Below, piece by piece: positions 13,059 to 25,493 of a DNA stretch of 64,000 nucleotides (its first letter is position 1; the number at the start of each line of letters is the position of its first letter). Location: the NCBI RefSeq assembly GCF_023055435.1, contig NW_025963868.1, positions 23,870,001-23,934,000 of the forward strand, given 5' to 3'. The notes under the pieces were generated by a model, which did no database searches, had not been told where the DNA came from, and was given only the letters and a program-made list of their open reading frames with translations. The stretch comes from Haliotis rufescens. Its lineage: Eukaryota. Both the position numbers and the translations under genes were made by a program.

Positions 13059-13756
13059 CACCAATACATATATGTGAGGTACACAAATTTACTTGGATTA
13101 AATAAGCAGCTAATTGTTAGTTGTATATGTAGTGACTGAGACGCCAGTGTATTAATAGTATATAATCATAAAATATATAATATGTACATATTTGATAGTA
13201 GAGAGGGGTACACTTTCAACATAAAAGGAGCATTTCCAGTATCTAATATTTTTTTATATGACTTTAACTAAAACAAATATTCTGCATACAATGATTTGAA
13301 CGATGGCATTGGTGTGATTCTGTGCGCCTAATGATAACAACGACATTGTCCGACATTCCAATGTTTGCTTTCTGTTTGTTTGTTTGTTGTTTAACGCCAC
13401 ACTCAGCAATATGACAGTTTTATGACGGCGGTCTTTAAATAATCTTAAACGTATGACGCTGACGACTTGCGGCCACATAAGCTCGCATAGCATATAAATT
13501 GATATTTCTACCTTTTCAGGCTGTGTTGTAGACTATCAATTTGTAGAAATAACATTGGAATCATTATTACCTTATATCAACATTGCTTTAAATATGGATA
13601 TGGCAGCAGTGTAGAGTTTATATCGTGTCCATATTTACAATGCAAAACTATCCATCTAAGGATCCCAAAATGGGATATCGAGTCACAAAATTGTTTGTAA
13701 GAACAAATCTTCCAAATACCTTGATATTTGCAAAAATCCGTTTTCCAATCATTAAG

Positions 13757-13757
13757 A

Positions 13758-13804
<47 letters not shown>

Positions 13805-13806
13805 AT
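13757..13806. repeat. (TAAA)n microsatellite
   Basis: About 12 units between genes A and B. Confidence 0.95.
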
Positions 13807-15571
13807 ATCCCCTACGCCTCTAAAAGTGCCAGTTTGTGTACGTAAACGTTCTTGTATGTTGTTTGTGGCCGGAGTCTGCACTGTTACGGCCATATCACAT
13901 TATCCATTATGTGTGATGCACAATTTTCTGGGCTGGGTCCATTGCACTAACCTGGCTGATACAATAAAACTAAAGTTACGAACGATGTACGATACTGGTT
14001 ACAATTCCAGATAATTCATTGAAAAAGTAGCAAAGTTGATCAGTACAATATATATGTGAGGTGCAGTTTAAGGTCGCTATGCAACCAATTTCTTTTATAT
14101 CATGACACGTTAAGAGAAGTAGGCTTGGGCATATTTGTACTAACATTTTCATGTGCAACTAAAGCGATAACCTCTGTCAACACACTTATGTCAATTTTCA
14201 CACATGACACCTGTAACTACTGTAGACCTTGACTGAAAATAGAAACGTAAATAGATAAACGTAATAGAAAAAAGTAAAGCCCAGAGTGACACGCGTTGTA
14301 GACAATTACAACATTGCTGAATCCCACGAGCAGGGGTGACAATGCACGTAGATTAAAAGTTGTGATTTTCCAAATAAGAATGACAGAGCAAGTTTTATCT
14401 TTTCACTTATATGTGCATGGTCACACCTAAAGCTCCAGTTAGAAATACTGAAAGATGTAAGCTATTAGCTTCTCAAGATTGCTGACATGCTCTCACAGTC
14501 CGCCACCTTCAAACTAGAATCACCCCTTTACGCTAGAAATCTGGCATACCAGTTAATTTGTCTTGACATCCAATTTAAGACGTCTTGAGTCATATCCGTG
14601 TGCACAGCTGGAACAAGTAAATTAGGCTGGGATTTTCACGCAGAAGGCCATGCATGCTCATAATGTTTTTACTCTTTGCAAGAACAAAAAGACGAAAAAT
14701 ATATTTCATCATTGAAATATTGGCATCTGCGTACCAGATAACCATTTCATGGCATCCAGCGTACTGTACTGCGGCATCCGAAATGCCACTTAACATGGCT
14801 TGGCATCAAGCGTACCAAAAGGGGCTTGGCACTCTCATTTTTCACAAAGTGATGTCTTATGGGGAAGCCTTATTCATATGAGCATGCAAAGTTAAAAAGC
14901 AATAATCAAAGCAAGTTAGAATTTTAGCATCAACCATTGCTTCAATGTAGACATTTTGTTGTCATGGTAAATACCATTAACTTATTATTTAATGACATTA
15001 AGCAAAAGTTATAACGTGTTGTTCAGCGTTCTTACGGTATGACGTCATTACACCTCAATCATGTTGTGATACATCATATCAAAATCATGACCTACTGGCA
15101 TAATTAGAGAAAAAACAAATTTGGAACAACGGCCATTTTCGAGTTTGCCTTAACCGGCACACAGCAGTACTTGATGCACCAGTGCAGTTGATCAATTTGA
15201 TTACAAATCACACTCTAGTTTTTCACACAGATCAAGATTTCTTATACGGGAAACCTCGTATCTGAAATAGTAGGAACTGAAAATACTTCATTTATGTATA
15301 TTATAATATTCATATTGTATTGAATATAACTTCCAAATAACAATAACCTTATTCTTAATACACTTGCGTGCTTCACATGGCTTAACCTTTATCTCACAAG
15401 TTCTGGCTTTAGATCTCACGTTGAGGACACTTTACCGTCAACAGTCCTATATTTCCATACTGTCAGGATTTCGAAAACTGATAAGATAGAAAAGGCCTTG
15501 AATATCTCCGCATTGCATACAAACTTGTCAGCTGATCGTCACTGACCCTCTTGTTGGTCAGGTAATATAAC

Positions 15572-18500
15572 ATGAACGCAGTAGAACTGAAATGTATGAT
15601 ACTTTTCGTGTCTGTTCTGTCAAGTGTTCGATGCGATTACACAGTTTCCATTTACCCCGAAATTCTCAAGATTGGGAAAATTACTCATTTCGACCACGGG
15701 CGATGGAATGGGAAGAACGGACTGGACACACCGGCATCAATTCCTCATGTTAAGGAGGTTGGAGCTACAGCAGCCAGGTGGTTGAACAGAGATTTGGCAG
15801 GTGGACTGTTTCAGAAGGTGGGACGTATTGCATTATTTCATAAGCAATTGGTTACCGTATAATTATTATGTTTCTCCATTTAGGACATTTATATATTATT
15901 ACTTTTAGATTTGTGGGTTGTTCTTGAATATCCAATGCCATGGAATAACATTTTGAACCGAAGACGTTTGTCTTTACGCCCTATGGAATTTGTTTTGGCA
16001 TATATTTGAAACTGACTATTGTCTGTGGTTGACGTATTAAATTCCAAAGGATAAAATTTACGGGTATCAAATTATCAATAATTCCTGCAAAATCTGAAAA
16101 CATGTTTATCGACATTATAAAACACAGTCGGTTATTGTCATTGTCATCCTTTGTCAACTTTCACAGTTTGTATTTTCAATCGTGTACCCATATGTACAGG
16201 ATGTTTCTATATAGTAAGAGGTAAAGATGAGTGACATACCCTCTATCACCTTTCATGTCAGGCACCTGAGAACCCCAACAAGAAGGGCTATCCTGACCCG
16301 AAGTACTTTCAGGCCCATCAAAACGAAATCTGCACCAAATACTTGGACAATGTGAATGGATACCAACATCCAGAAGTTGTCATGGAAGTAAAAGGTTGTT
16401 CAGTTTTTACTCTTGTGTGAATTAAAGGTTGCGTGTCTTAGATGTGTTCATAAAATCCATTGAAAGTTGTCAATGGAAGGTGATACTCTCTCATTAGACA
16501 AGGGGTTGGCGGGATAGCAAAGACGGAGACATATAGCAAAGAGGGAGGACATGATATGTAGACCTGATACAACCACAATGACAAATGTTCATTAGACAAC
16601 AAGGGCCATTCTTGTAGGTTGTGGATGAGGTGAAATGGGGTGCAACGTCACATTCAAGATGAANNNNNNNNNNNNNNNNNNNNNNNNNNNNNNNNNNNNN
16701 NNNNNNNNNNNNNNNNNNNNNNNNNNNNNNNNNNNNNNNNNNNNNNNNNNNNNNNNNNNNNNNNNNNNNNNNNNNNNNNNNNNNNNNNNNNNNNNNNNNN
16801 NNNNNNNNNNNNNNNNNNCTAATGCCATTTTTTAATAGTGCTAGCCCACTGATATATAGCCCACTGCTGCAGTTAAACATGAATACCCCACTCAGACACA
16901 GTATACTGACTCTGAGTCGATCAGTCCTTGTTTTAGCCCCTGAATGTCGAGCACGAGGCAGGGTAACAAGTACCATCTTTTAACGTCTTTTGGTATGGCG
17001 CGGTCTTGGATCGAACCAACGACCTTCCGCTCGCCGGGTGGACGCTCTATCCACTGGACTAAGCAGTTGGCAATTCTTTTTGAATGAGATGATCAATAAC
17101 ACAGTATGCACGTGTTTGTGTGGTTGCTTGTGCTAGTCCGTACTTGCTGCATTTGATCATGAATATCCCACTCACGACTCCGAGCGCCAGACAGGGTAAC
17201 AACAAGTACCATCTTTTGGTTTGAAACCACCAACAACCCGCTCTCCGTTTTTGAGAATGGGTGGTGGCAGATTGCATTAATGCTGTTGTTATTTATAAAA
17301 ACAAAAAATAGAATATGTGCTCATTCTCAGCATATTTGTATCCACACTATTGAGTCGACAGTGTTTACCTTGTCATTGATATATTGCAACCGGGCTTTGG
17401 ACAAGTTGAACCTCATCGATATTTTGCTGTTGTTATCTAATGGGTTTTTTATATCCAGGTTTGAATTGGCCTCACTGGCTGGACACCTCAGCCCACCACG
17501 GATTCTTCCCTAACAACATCGATGCTGCAGCCGAGTTCGTCTTCCTGCTGATCGACGCAGTCAACAAAGGAACCAACGGAAAACCACCTCAGTTCTTCGA
17601 AGTTATTAATGAACCAGATGCTCAAGGAAAGAACACAAATTGGACTACCTATGTCAAATTTCATTTGGCTGTTGCTCAGAAAATTAAGGCAAAATATCCC
17701 AATATGAAGATTGGAGGTCCAACCTTAACTGGAGCCTCTTCTCATTTTGACCGTTATGACTTCCGGATTTGGAAGAGAGTAGCAGAGTTTCTGGACATGG
17801 CTCTGACGCACCTAGATTTCTTTTCCTTTCATTCCTACACAAATATGGATGTAACAGGAGGGTCGCATCATTTCCATAGGAATTCCGAAGCAAAGATATT
17901 CGGTCTTCTAGATCTAGTTGAGAGCTACTCTCATAAGAAGAAAGGTACTCAGTTCAACGTCATTGTCAGTGAATTTGGCCTTGGGCCATTAACAGGAATT
18001 GATGTACAGAAACCATCCACCTTTCTTGACTGGGCGTATATTTATCAACATAATTCCCAGATATTCACCTTTCTTCAACGTCGGGATGTCATGAGAAAAG
18101 TGGTAGCTTTCTTGCTCACATATACTGAACTTAAAGGGCAAGCAAGTATTAACTACAGCATCCTTGATAAAAACCACAACGAGAGGGACATTGCGCAAGC
18201 TTTCAAGTTCTGGAAGAACTTCCATAAGACAATGACATACTTGCGAGTAGACAGTCAGTTCCATAATGCTGAGAGGAAGATTGTACCCCACGTTTTAGTT
18301 GATCAAAGGAACGGCAGCCTCAGCATTCTTCTTCATAACAATGACCAAAAGCCAAATCATGTGACCCTACATTTTGACAAAGGTTGGTTCCATCCCACAA
18401 GTGGAAAGTCCACCTGTGAATATCTAAACGCACAGAAGAAACCAACTCTAGATACAGACACACCAGTTCACGTCACAAACTCCATGGTAACCGTTCCTGC

Positions 18501-18921
18501 TGAAGCGAGTTGTTACTTCCAGTTCCACACAACCCACAACTTTGCCCATGCTCCGACTGTGACCCAGAACACCTACTACTCCCCCGACATGGTAGTCCCC
18601 ATTCACAATACCGTCGTCGATGTTGAAGTAAACGTCCCACCCGTTGGAAATATTGACTTTGTTCGTCTGAGAGTTAGTGTCAGTTTCAGCATGAAGTCTC
18701 CACATCAGAAACTAAAGACGGTGGTTGTTAACACTCACACCTTGACGTCCTTCTACTCACTGCATACCCACAACGGCCCGGATGAAGACACTGTATGGAA
18801 TGTCTTTGAGTACAACGTCCCCAACAACATGCTACAACAACACAACAACGACGTCAAACTTAGCTTCTCTGAGGCTGGGGGTTATCTGTCCACTGTGGCA
18901 GTGATCGTTGGGAGTCACTGA
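15572..18921 (+). CDS. GH86-like beta-porphyranase/beta-agarase, paralog B (secreted, 3 exons, 613 aa)
   Basis: Exons 15572-15817 (AAG|GTGGGA), 16262-16394 (tgtcag|GCA...AAA G|GTTG) and 17459-18921 (tccag|GT TTG AAT TGG). 1842 nt in frame. NEP and SEFG motifs intact. AATAAA at 18952-18957. An N-gap lies inside intron 2. Confidence 0.85.
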
Positions 18922-19456
18922 GGGGGATTTCTGTGCGGAATCGCATAGCTGAATAAATCTTATCAAAACATATAACTTGTACTTACATTTATCACCCCGT
19001 GGACAACATAAGATTTAAAGCAAGTGCACCTACATGTATATATTACAATAGCAACGAATGTTGAAAATGTTGAAGTGAACAATTAATGACAAAAATCACG
19101 TTGGCAAGTACCTATACTATCCATTTTTCTCTGAAACATGAAATGCATTAACGTGGTAAGAAAGGTGTTTTATTTAATGAGAACAGTGCCAAAGCCAAAG
19201 TGGTTTTACTATCTTCGTGTTTCGATTATCACGTTGACTATTTGATCCTTTTCTAACATTCTGCTCTTTTAATTAAGGTTAATGATAAACAAACACTACT
19301 ATTTAAATTATCGTTAATGATAAAATAAGACTAATAATAATAAATCACCATTTAAGTCCAAGAAAGCAACCAGACTGTGTTTTATCTCTATGAGTGAGTG
19401 AGTTGGATTTAATGCCGCTTAGAACAGTATTCGAGTTACAACACAACGTGACAGCT

Positions 19457-19755
19457 TGATGTGACAGGAACACCCGAAGTGATGCAGGTCTCGGACGTTT
19501 ACCACTTTGGTGAAACACAAGAGGACGGTTATGATGATGTGACAGGTTAGCTCGAAGTGATGCAGGTCTCAGACGTTTACCACTTTGGTGAAACACAAGA
19601 GGACGGTTATGATGATGTGATAGGTTAGCTCGAAGTGATGCAGGTCTCAGACGTTTACCACTTTGGTGAAACACAAGAGGACGGTTATGATGATGTGATA
19701 GGTTAGCTCGAAGTGATGCAGGTCTCATACGTTTACCACTTTGATGAAACGCAAG
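19457..19755. repeat. 78-bp tandem repeat (nearly 4 units) derived from the SINE family 1 body
   Basis: The unit contains CGAAGTGATGCAGGTCTCAGACGTTTACCACTTTGGTGAAAC, the reverse complement of the family 1 body. It produces the 26-aa repeat ORF 19345-19833. Confidence 0.85.
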
Positions 19756-20994
19756 ATGACCGGGACCAATAAACAACCGTGATTCGAACACAATGATAGG
19801 TTTCTGGATCGGCCAAGGCACGCAATACTGCATGTTGAAAAGGTTGTACCGTCTTGGGTGTAGTTGTCTACAGGCTAAAGGAGTTGTTCAACACCTGCAG
19901 GTCTGACTGTACAGTTTCATCCAGGAGAGCCTACTGAACATTTCTAGGTACTATGTAATGACAAATTATCGGTCTAATGCCAGGTACCTATTGTAAAAAC
20001 TAGGTTCATTTTATAAATATACCTGTATGGAGGGATAAAGACAATATTTGTAATAACAGTTACATGAGTTATAACCATGGCACAGAGTTACTTCGGTGAC
20101 CACCACATATTTCTAGAATGTATTTCAGTTAAGCCAATATCAGTCATGGCAGCCAATTTTCAAATTGGTCATTCTAAACCAGAATGGCACACAACTATTG
20201 TGGCCAAAGATTGCTTTAATACGTTTAATTCACACATAAAACTAAGCATCATTAGGGTAGTAGTGTTTTGTATTAATTCTTGGTGTAAATCCAGTCAAGA
20301 CCTAATATCTGTCGTCCATGATAGACATGCTACAAAATGGCCGCCATTCCCGACCATTGACAGTCATACCTTACAATACATTTTAGACAGTGTACATTTC
20401 TGAACATATCAATACACATTAAGTTATCCAAACTTTAGGGTTGGTAGGCCACAGTTCAATTATACATATTTGGCATAGCGTACCATTTGGTAAGATATCT
20501 GCACTTGTCCAATATCAATCCTAATGAGAAGAAGTAACTGTGCATCATATACATTTTAAAAAAAATACATTTATTCTGAAATTAAACAATACAACGCTCA
20601 AAACAAATTCAAAAAGACATCACCTCGACTTTAAGATCGTGATTCACAATTTACAGGTGCAATGCCTGGAGCACAATTTGGATGTTTGCGTGTTTGTATC
20701 GAGCATGATACTAAGACACATGGTTTGCGAAGGTAAACAGCACACAATGATTGTTTACCTGTCAGGTGCTCATACAGTACTTTTGTTTAACCGTAAATAA
20801 CGCTTACACAATGCATTGGCTTGCTGAAAACCAACGTCTACACGCCTTGGGTACACTGCCAACAGGGATGGCGGAAAACCGGAAGTTTTGAAGGTCATCG
20901 AAACATAATATCATCTCTTTGGAGACGTTACCTGAATGAATTGCCACTTGCCGTCCACCCACATTTGACGTCACATCAACAAGATAACCATGTA

Positions 20995-21261
20995 GACCCG
21001 TGAAGATTCCGGGGTAGAATAGGTCTTCAGCAACCCATGCTTGCCGTAAAAGGTGACTATGCTTGTCGTAAAAGGCGACTAAAGGGATCGGGTGGTCAGA
21101 CTCGCTAACTTGGTTGATGCATGTCATCGATCCCAATTGCGCGGATCGATGCTCATGATGTCAATGACTGGATTGTCTGGTCCAGACTCGATTATTTACA
21201 GACCGCTGTCATATAGCTGGAATATTGCTGAGTGCGGCGTTAAACAACAAACAAACAAACA
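20995..21261 (+). mobile_element. SINE-like family 2 (GACCCGTGAAGATCC head, (AAAC)n tail)
   Basis: Dispersed copies at about 1568-1811, 2705-2974(-), 10644-10851, 26212-26444, 32172-32385, 36655-36875(-) and 52290-52505(-). Tail GCTGGAATATTGCTGAGTGCGGCGTTAAAC. Confidence 0.78.
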
Positions 21262-23658
21262 GACAACCATTGTATGGTTAATGCATTAATGCCACATTAA
21301 CAGCTCGAACAATTCCTGGGTTGATATCAATTAGTAGCGGAAAAATACACAACCGGTTGAAGGGTTACAACATCCGGTCCCATCCAGTGATACGCCCAGT
21401 TTTGCTTACACCCCACCACCAAGCACGCCTTGTTTGGTGGAGACAGCATCTGAGTAAGTGAGTATGGTTTTACGCCGCTTTTAGCAATATTCCAGCAATA
21501 TCACGGCAGGGGACACCAGAAATGGGCTTCACACATTGTACCCATGTCGGGAATCGAACCCGGGTCTTCAGCATCCTAGAAGTATTGTGAGTAAGTGAGT
21601 ATGGTGTAACGCCGCTTTTAGCAATATTCCAGCAATATCACGGCAGAGGACACCAGAAATGGGCTTCACACATTGTACCCATGTCGGGAATCGAACTCGG
21701 GTCTTCGGCGTGACGAGCTTACGCTTGAACCACTAGGCTACCCGACCGCCCCAGACAGCATCTGAAGTTCAGAAGACATGCGCAGTATGTAGTACAGGTT
21801 TCCTCTGGACAGATGTGATGGTCGTGCAAGGAGCCGGGTTCGCTTCCCTACATGGGTACAATGTGTGAAGCCCATGTCTGGTGTCCCCCGCCGTGATATT
21901 GCTGGAATATTGCTAAAAGCGACATAAAACCATACTCACTCACTCACTCATATATTATGAATGAGACACTTGAATAGAAACAAACTACAAACTAATTTGA
22001 AAGACATGGGTAAAAACATGTTTGATGGTTAATCATATTATTGAAAAGTGTCATAACTTGGTATGCCCTTTTGAAAATTGTCTGCGATAACTGTCTTTGG
22101 CCTTTTTGAAATATATTCTACAACTAGAAATCTTTGTTGGTCACTGAAGTAACTCTGTGCCAAGATTCATAAGTTTGTTGATTACCCACGTGGTGAAGAT
22201 ACAGGTGATAAGATACTAAATCCGTACGTCACACGTGTGTCGTACAAGGTTGACCTTGTTTTATTCGTTTTAATTGGATAAATGTTACCTCTGTCACACA
22301 GGAACTACTTTTTATATTCAATATTCATGAGCAACCACATTTGCAACCGGTTTCAGTTTGGTATGTTAACGAACAAAAGTTGTTATGTATTTACACTTAA
22401 ATACATATTTAACGTGTGTAAAATAAAATACCACACTCATTCTCGTTTAACTATACACGTTAATAACGGTCAGGAGCTCAATATCCCAAAATATCAACAT
22501 TCTTTGAACATAACATGTTCATGAAAAGTGTGGAATATAGTTATTGGTGACATTTATTAGTTACCACCTCCCGCACGCGAGTCAACACGAGGTATGTTTA
22601 CACATTTCTACTGTCGTAACAATCGTTATATCAAGAGTCTAGAAAAGTCAGAAGAGAAATGTCAACACATTTAGACATTAAATACTTGATTATCTGAATA
22701 TATCATCACTTGCTTTGATAAATACAGGAGCAAGCAAAAGTCGAGCAAGGATTGTAGAAATGTACGTATTTGAACGGCTATTTGTTGAGGCTCTTGCTTG
22801 GTGTTGATGTTGTCGCATTGTAAGCACCTCAGAGAAAGATACACCAATTACCAAAACTGTTTAAACGGTTTAGAGGGTTAGAAGGTTAGAAGGTTAGAGA
22901 AAGGGTGGGTGGGTCGTTGGAGAGTGCCCGCCTCTGATATGAAGGCAGAGACCATATTAGATGACTAAATATTAGCTGAGATAATGATTAGGATAAGATC
23001 CTTTGAAAATTATTTGAACTCACATTCTTGTGTCACTTAACGATACACTGCTTGGGACCCAAGCTTCCATAGAGTAATTGCACTTAGCTGAGATAATCGA
23101 GACTGGGTATTCACTGTTATTTATTTGTAAGTGAATCGTGAAAGGCAGTTGCACGCTGTAATTGTGATCAAGGAGAACACTGTGAAACGTGATGTTCTTA
23201 TGGTGATGTCTGGTTATAAATTCAAAGAAGACATTTTTCTCGACATTGCTGACACATGTTGAAATGTTGAAGAACTTGAGAGTTTGGGTTGAACCCCCTA
23301 GAAGTGTAAATGTATCTTACTGTTTTGGATTTGTTAATGAGTTACTGACAATATTGAAGCAACTGCATATTAGTGCTTCACATTGACACTTCAAAGTAAG
23401 TCAATATGATCAGCAATTACAGTACATTACAAAGGCGATAATATCTTATATATGACAATAACAAGAAAGATGGAGTTCCTGGTTGAAACCTAAATTTTGA
23501 CATTTAAATTTCTCATACATTCCGAAGTGAAGACGAAATATTTTCATTTTTCTATATTGGCGGCAATCGTGGAGGCCATTTTGTCCGCCATATTGGATAA
23601 ATCCAATTTCTTAAGCTCGTACAAGATACTTAAACGATTCATGTGTTCAAATATAACA

Positions 23659-23826
23659 GGGGCTGTCGGGTAGCCTAGTGGTTAAAGCGTTCGCTCGTCG
23701 AGCCGAAGACCCGGGTTCGATTCCCGACATGGGTACAATGTGGGAAGCCCATTTCTGGTGTCCCCCGCCGTGATATTGCTGGAATATTGCTAAACGCGGC
23801 GTAAAACCATACTGACACACACACAC
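23659..23826 (+). mobile_element. Short tRNA-derived SINE family 3 (Asp-GTC-like head)
   Basis: TAGCCTAGTGGTTAAAGCG...GGTTCGATTCCC head and (ACTC)n-type tail. Other copies at about 21454-21752(-, dimer), 21832-21949, 42943-43108(-), 43728-43895(-), 49030-49160(-), 61598-61760(-) and 63660-63771. Confidence 0.8.
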
Positions 23827-25216
23827 TCAAATATAACAATTTAGTGTACAAGAATGTGAGTGTTGCCATAGTAATTTTTTCAATATGAAATTACATATTT
23901 NNNNNNNNNNNNNNNNNNNNNNNNNNNNNNNNNNNNNNNNNNNNNNNNNNNNNNNNNNNNNNNNNNNNNNNNNNNNNNNNNNNNNNNNNNNNNNNNNNNN
24001 NNNNNNNNNNNNNNNNNNNNNNNNNNNNNNNNNNNNNNNNNNNNNNNNTTTTCTGATATCATATAATGCCTCCAATGATCCTGGATTTTTGTATTAGCTT
24101 CTAAAGCATTCAGACAAATTCTGATATATCACATGACATGATTGTCAATATCGAGTTTACATTATCTATAGTTTTGTAATGATTTAAAAATGAAAAATGA
24201 GTGATTTTACTGTCTTTGGCCATAACTCGACTTAAACAATGTTGCTCATTGTTTATTTGTTCTATTGTAGGTTTCCTAAGTCAGCACACTGATTTTGTGA
24301 TGAAATGAGCTTTGCAATATGCAAACTGACTATTTTAGGGCCATTTATTTGATTTACTTAATTTTGACACACAAATGTGCATTTTACCACCAAAACCATG
24401 TCTGCCACCAAAGAAATCATAACAACCACCATCTTCTAATGCCTAAATGACATCTTGTGAAGAAAAATGTGGTTGTACTTGGTTTTACTGTGTGGAGGGG
24501 TTACTCCTTGAATAAGCCTCTTTTTACGGCCGCTAGTCTGTAATGCGTTCCTTTCAATAACTTATTGTGTCTACGCCTCTTAAAATGCATTATAAACTTT
24601 CTGAGCATACCTCCATGTCAGAATGATGACATCTGATTGTTCACGTGATCTTGATAAAAAGGGAAATACATTTCTGAGTGGGAGAATAAATGCGTCATAC
24701 CCCGCCACGAAGACGACACGTGGATTTTCGAGCGGTAGATTTCTATCAAGTTTGAATTTGTTTTAATTCATTCAAATGTCAGGGTAAAACATGTCGGTAA
24801 AATAAATTCGTTGCAGTTGTATCACTCGGGGTACATGGGGTTTTATGCAAGTACCTCCCTTGCTACTCCTACAACTTAAACTACATCTTAATATAATTGT
24901 GGCCGTAGTCAGCACTAACTACATCACATCAGCCTTTATATTATTGCTTATATTGTCACACCGTAGGTTTGGAGGGTTGGTTTTACTACACTAAGCTGGT
25001 TGATACAATTGAAGAAGTCACGATATTTGAACCTGGTTATAGTAATGCCAGATAATTCATTGAAAAGTAATCAATACAATCCGTATTTTAAAAGCGAGCT
25101 GCGGTTAAATAACGTTGCTATGCGACCGATTCCAATTGTAACATTTGTGCTTGTGTTTCACGTTTTTAGCAACTACAACGATAACCTTTGTTGGACATAT
25201 GTCATTTTCTTTTAGA

Positions 25217-25493
25217 GGGGGCACGGGTGGTCCAGTCGTCTAAGGCGCCGCGATTCGCTGTGCAGAGTTGCGTCCCTTGGGCACGCCAGAAACCTATGAT
25301 TGTGGGTTCGAATCCCGGTTCGCCCCGATTATGTTTCTAGGTTTGTCAGCACAATACCCGTGCTCGTGGGTTTCACCGAAGTGGTAAACGTCTGAGACCT
25401 GCATCACTTCGGGCTTTCCTCCCACATTAAGCTGACACGCCGCGATATAACTGTAATTCTGTTAAAAGAGGCGTTAAACCCAACTCACTCACT
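25217..25493 (+). mobile_element. tRNA-derived SINE family 1, full length
   Basis: Near-identical to 12778-13058, TSD CTTTTAGA. Absent from the paralogous site near 14190. Confidence 0.8.

Noticed and set aside
22868-22898. TTAGAGGG/TTAGAAGG run as an interstitial telomere
   Set aside because: Only about four units and not TTAGGG; a simple repeat.
23659-23735. tRNA genes (Asp-, Leu- and Ser-like heads)
   Set aside because: All continue into a shared body and tail, vary between copies and often have TSDs, so they are SINE heads.
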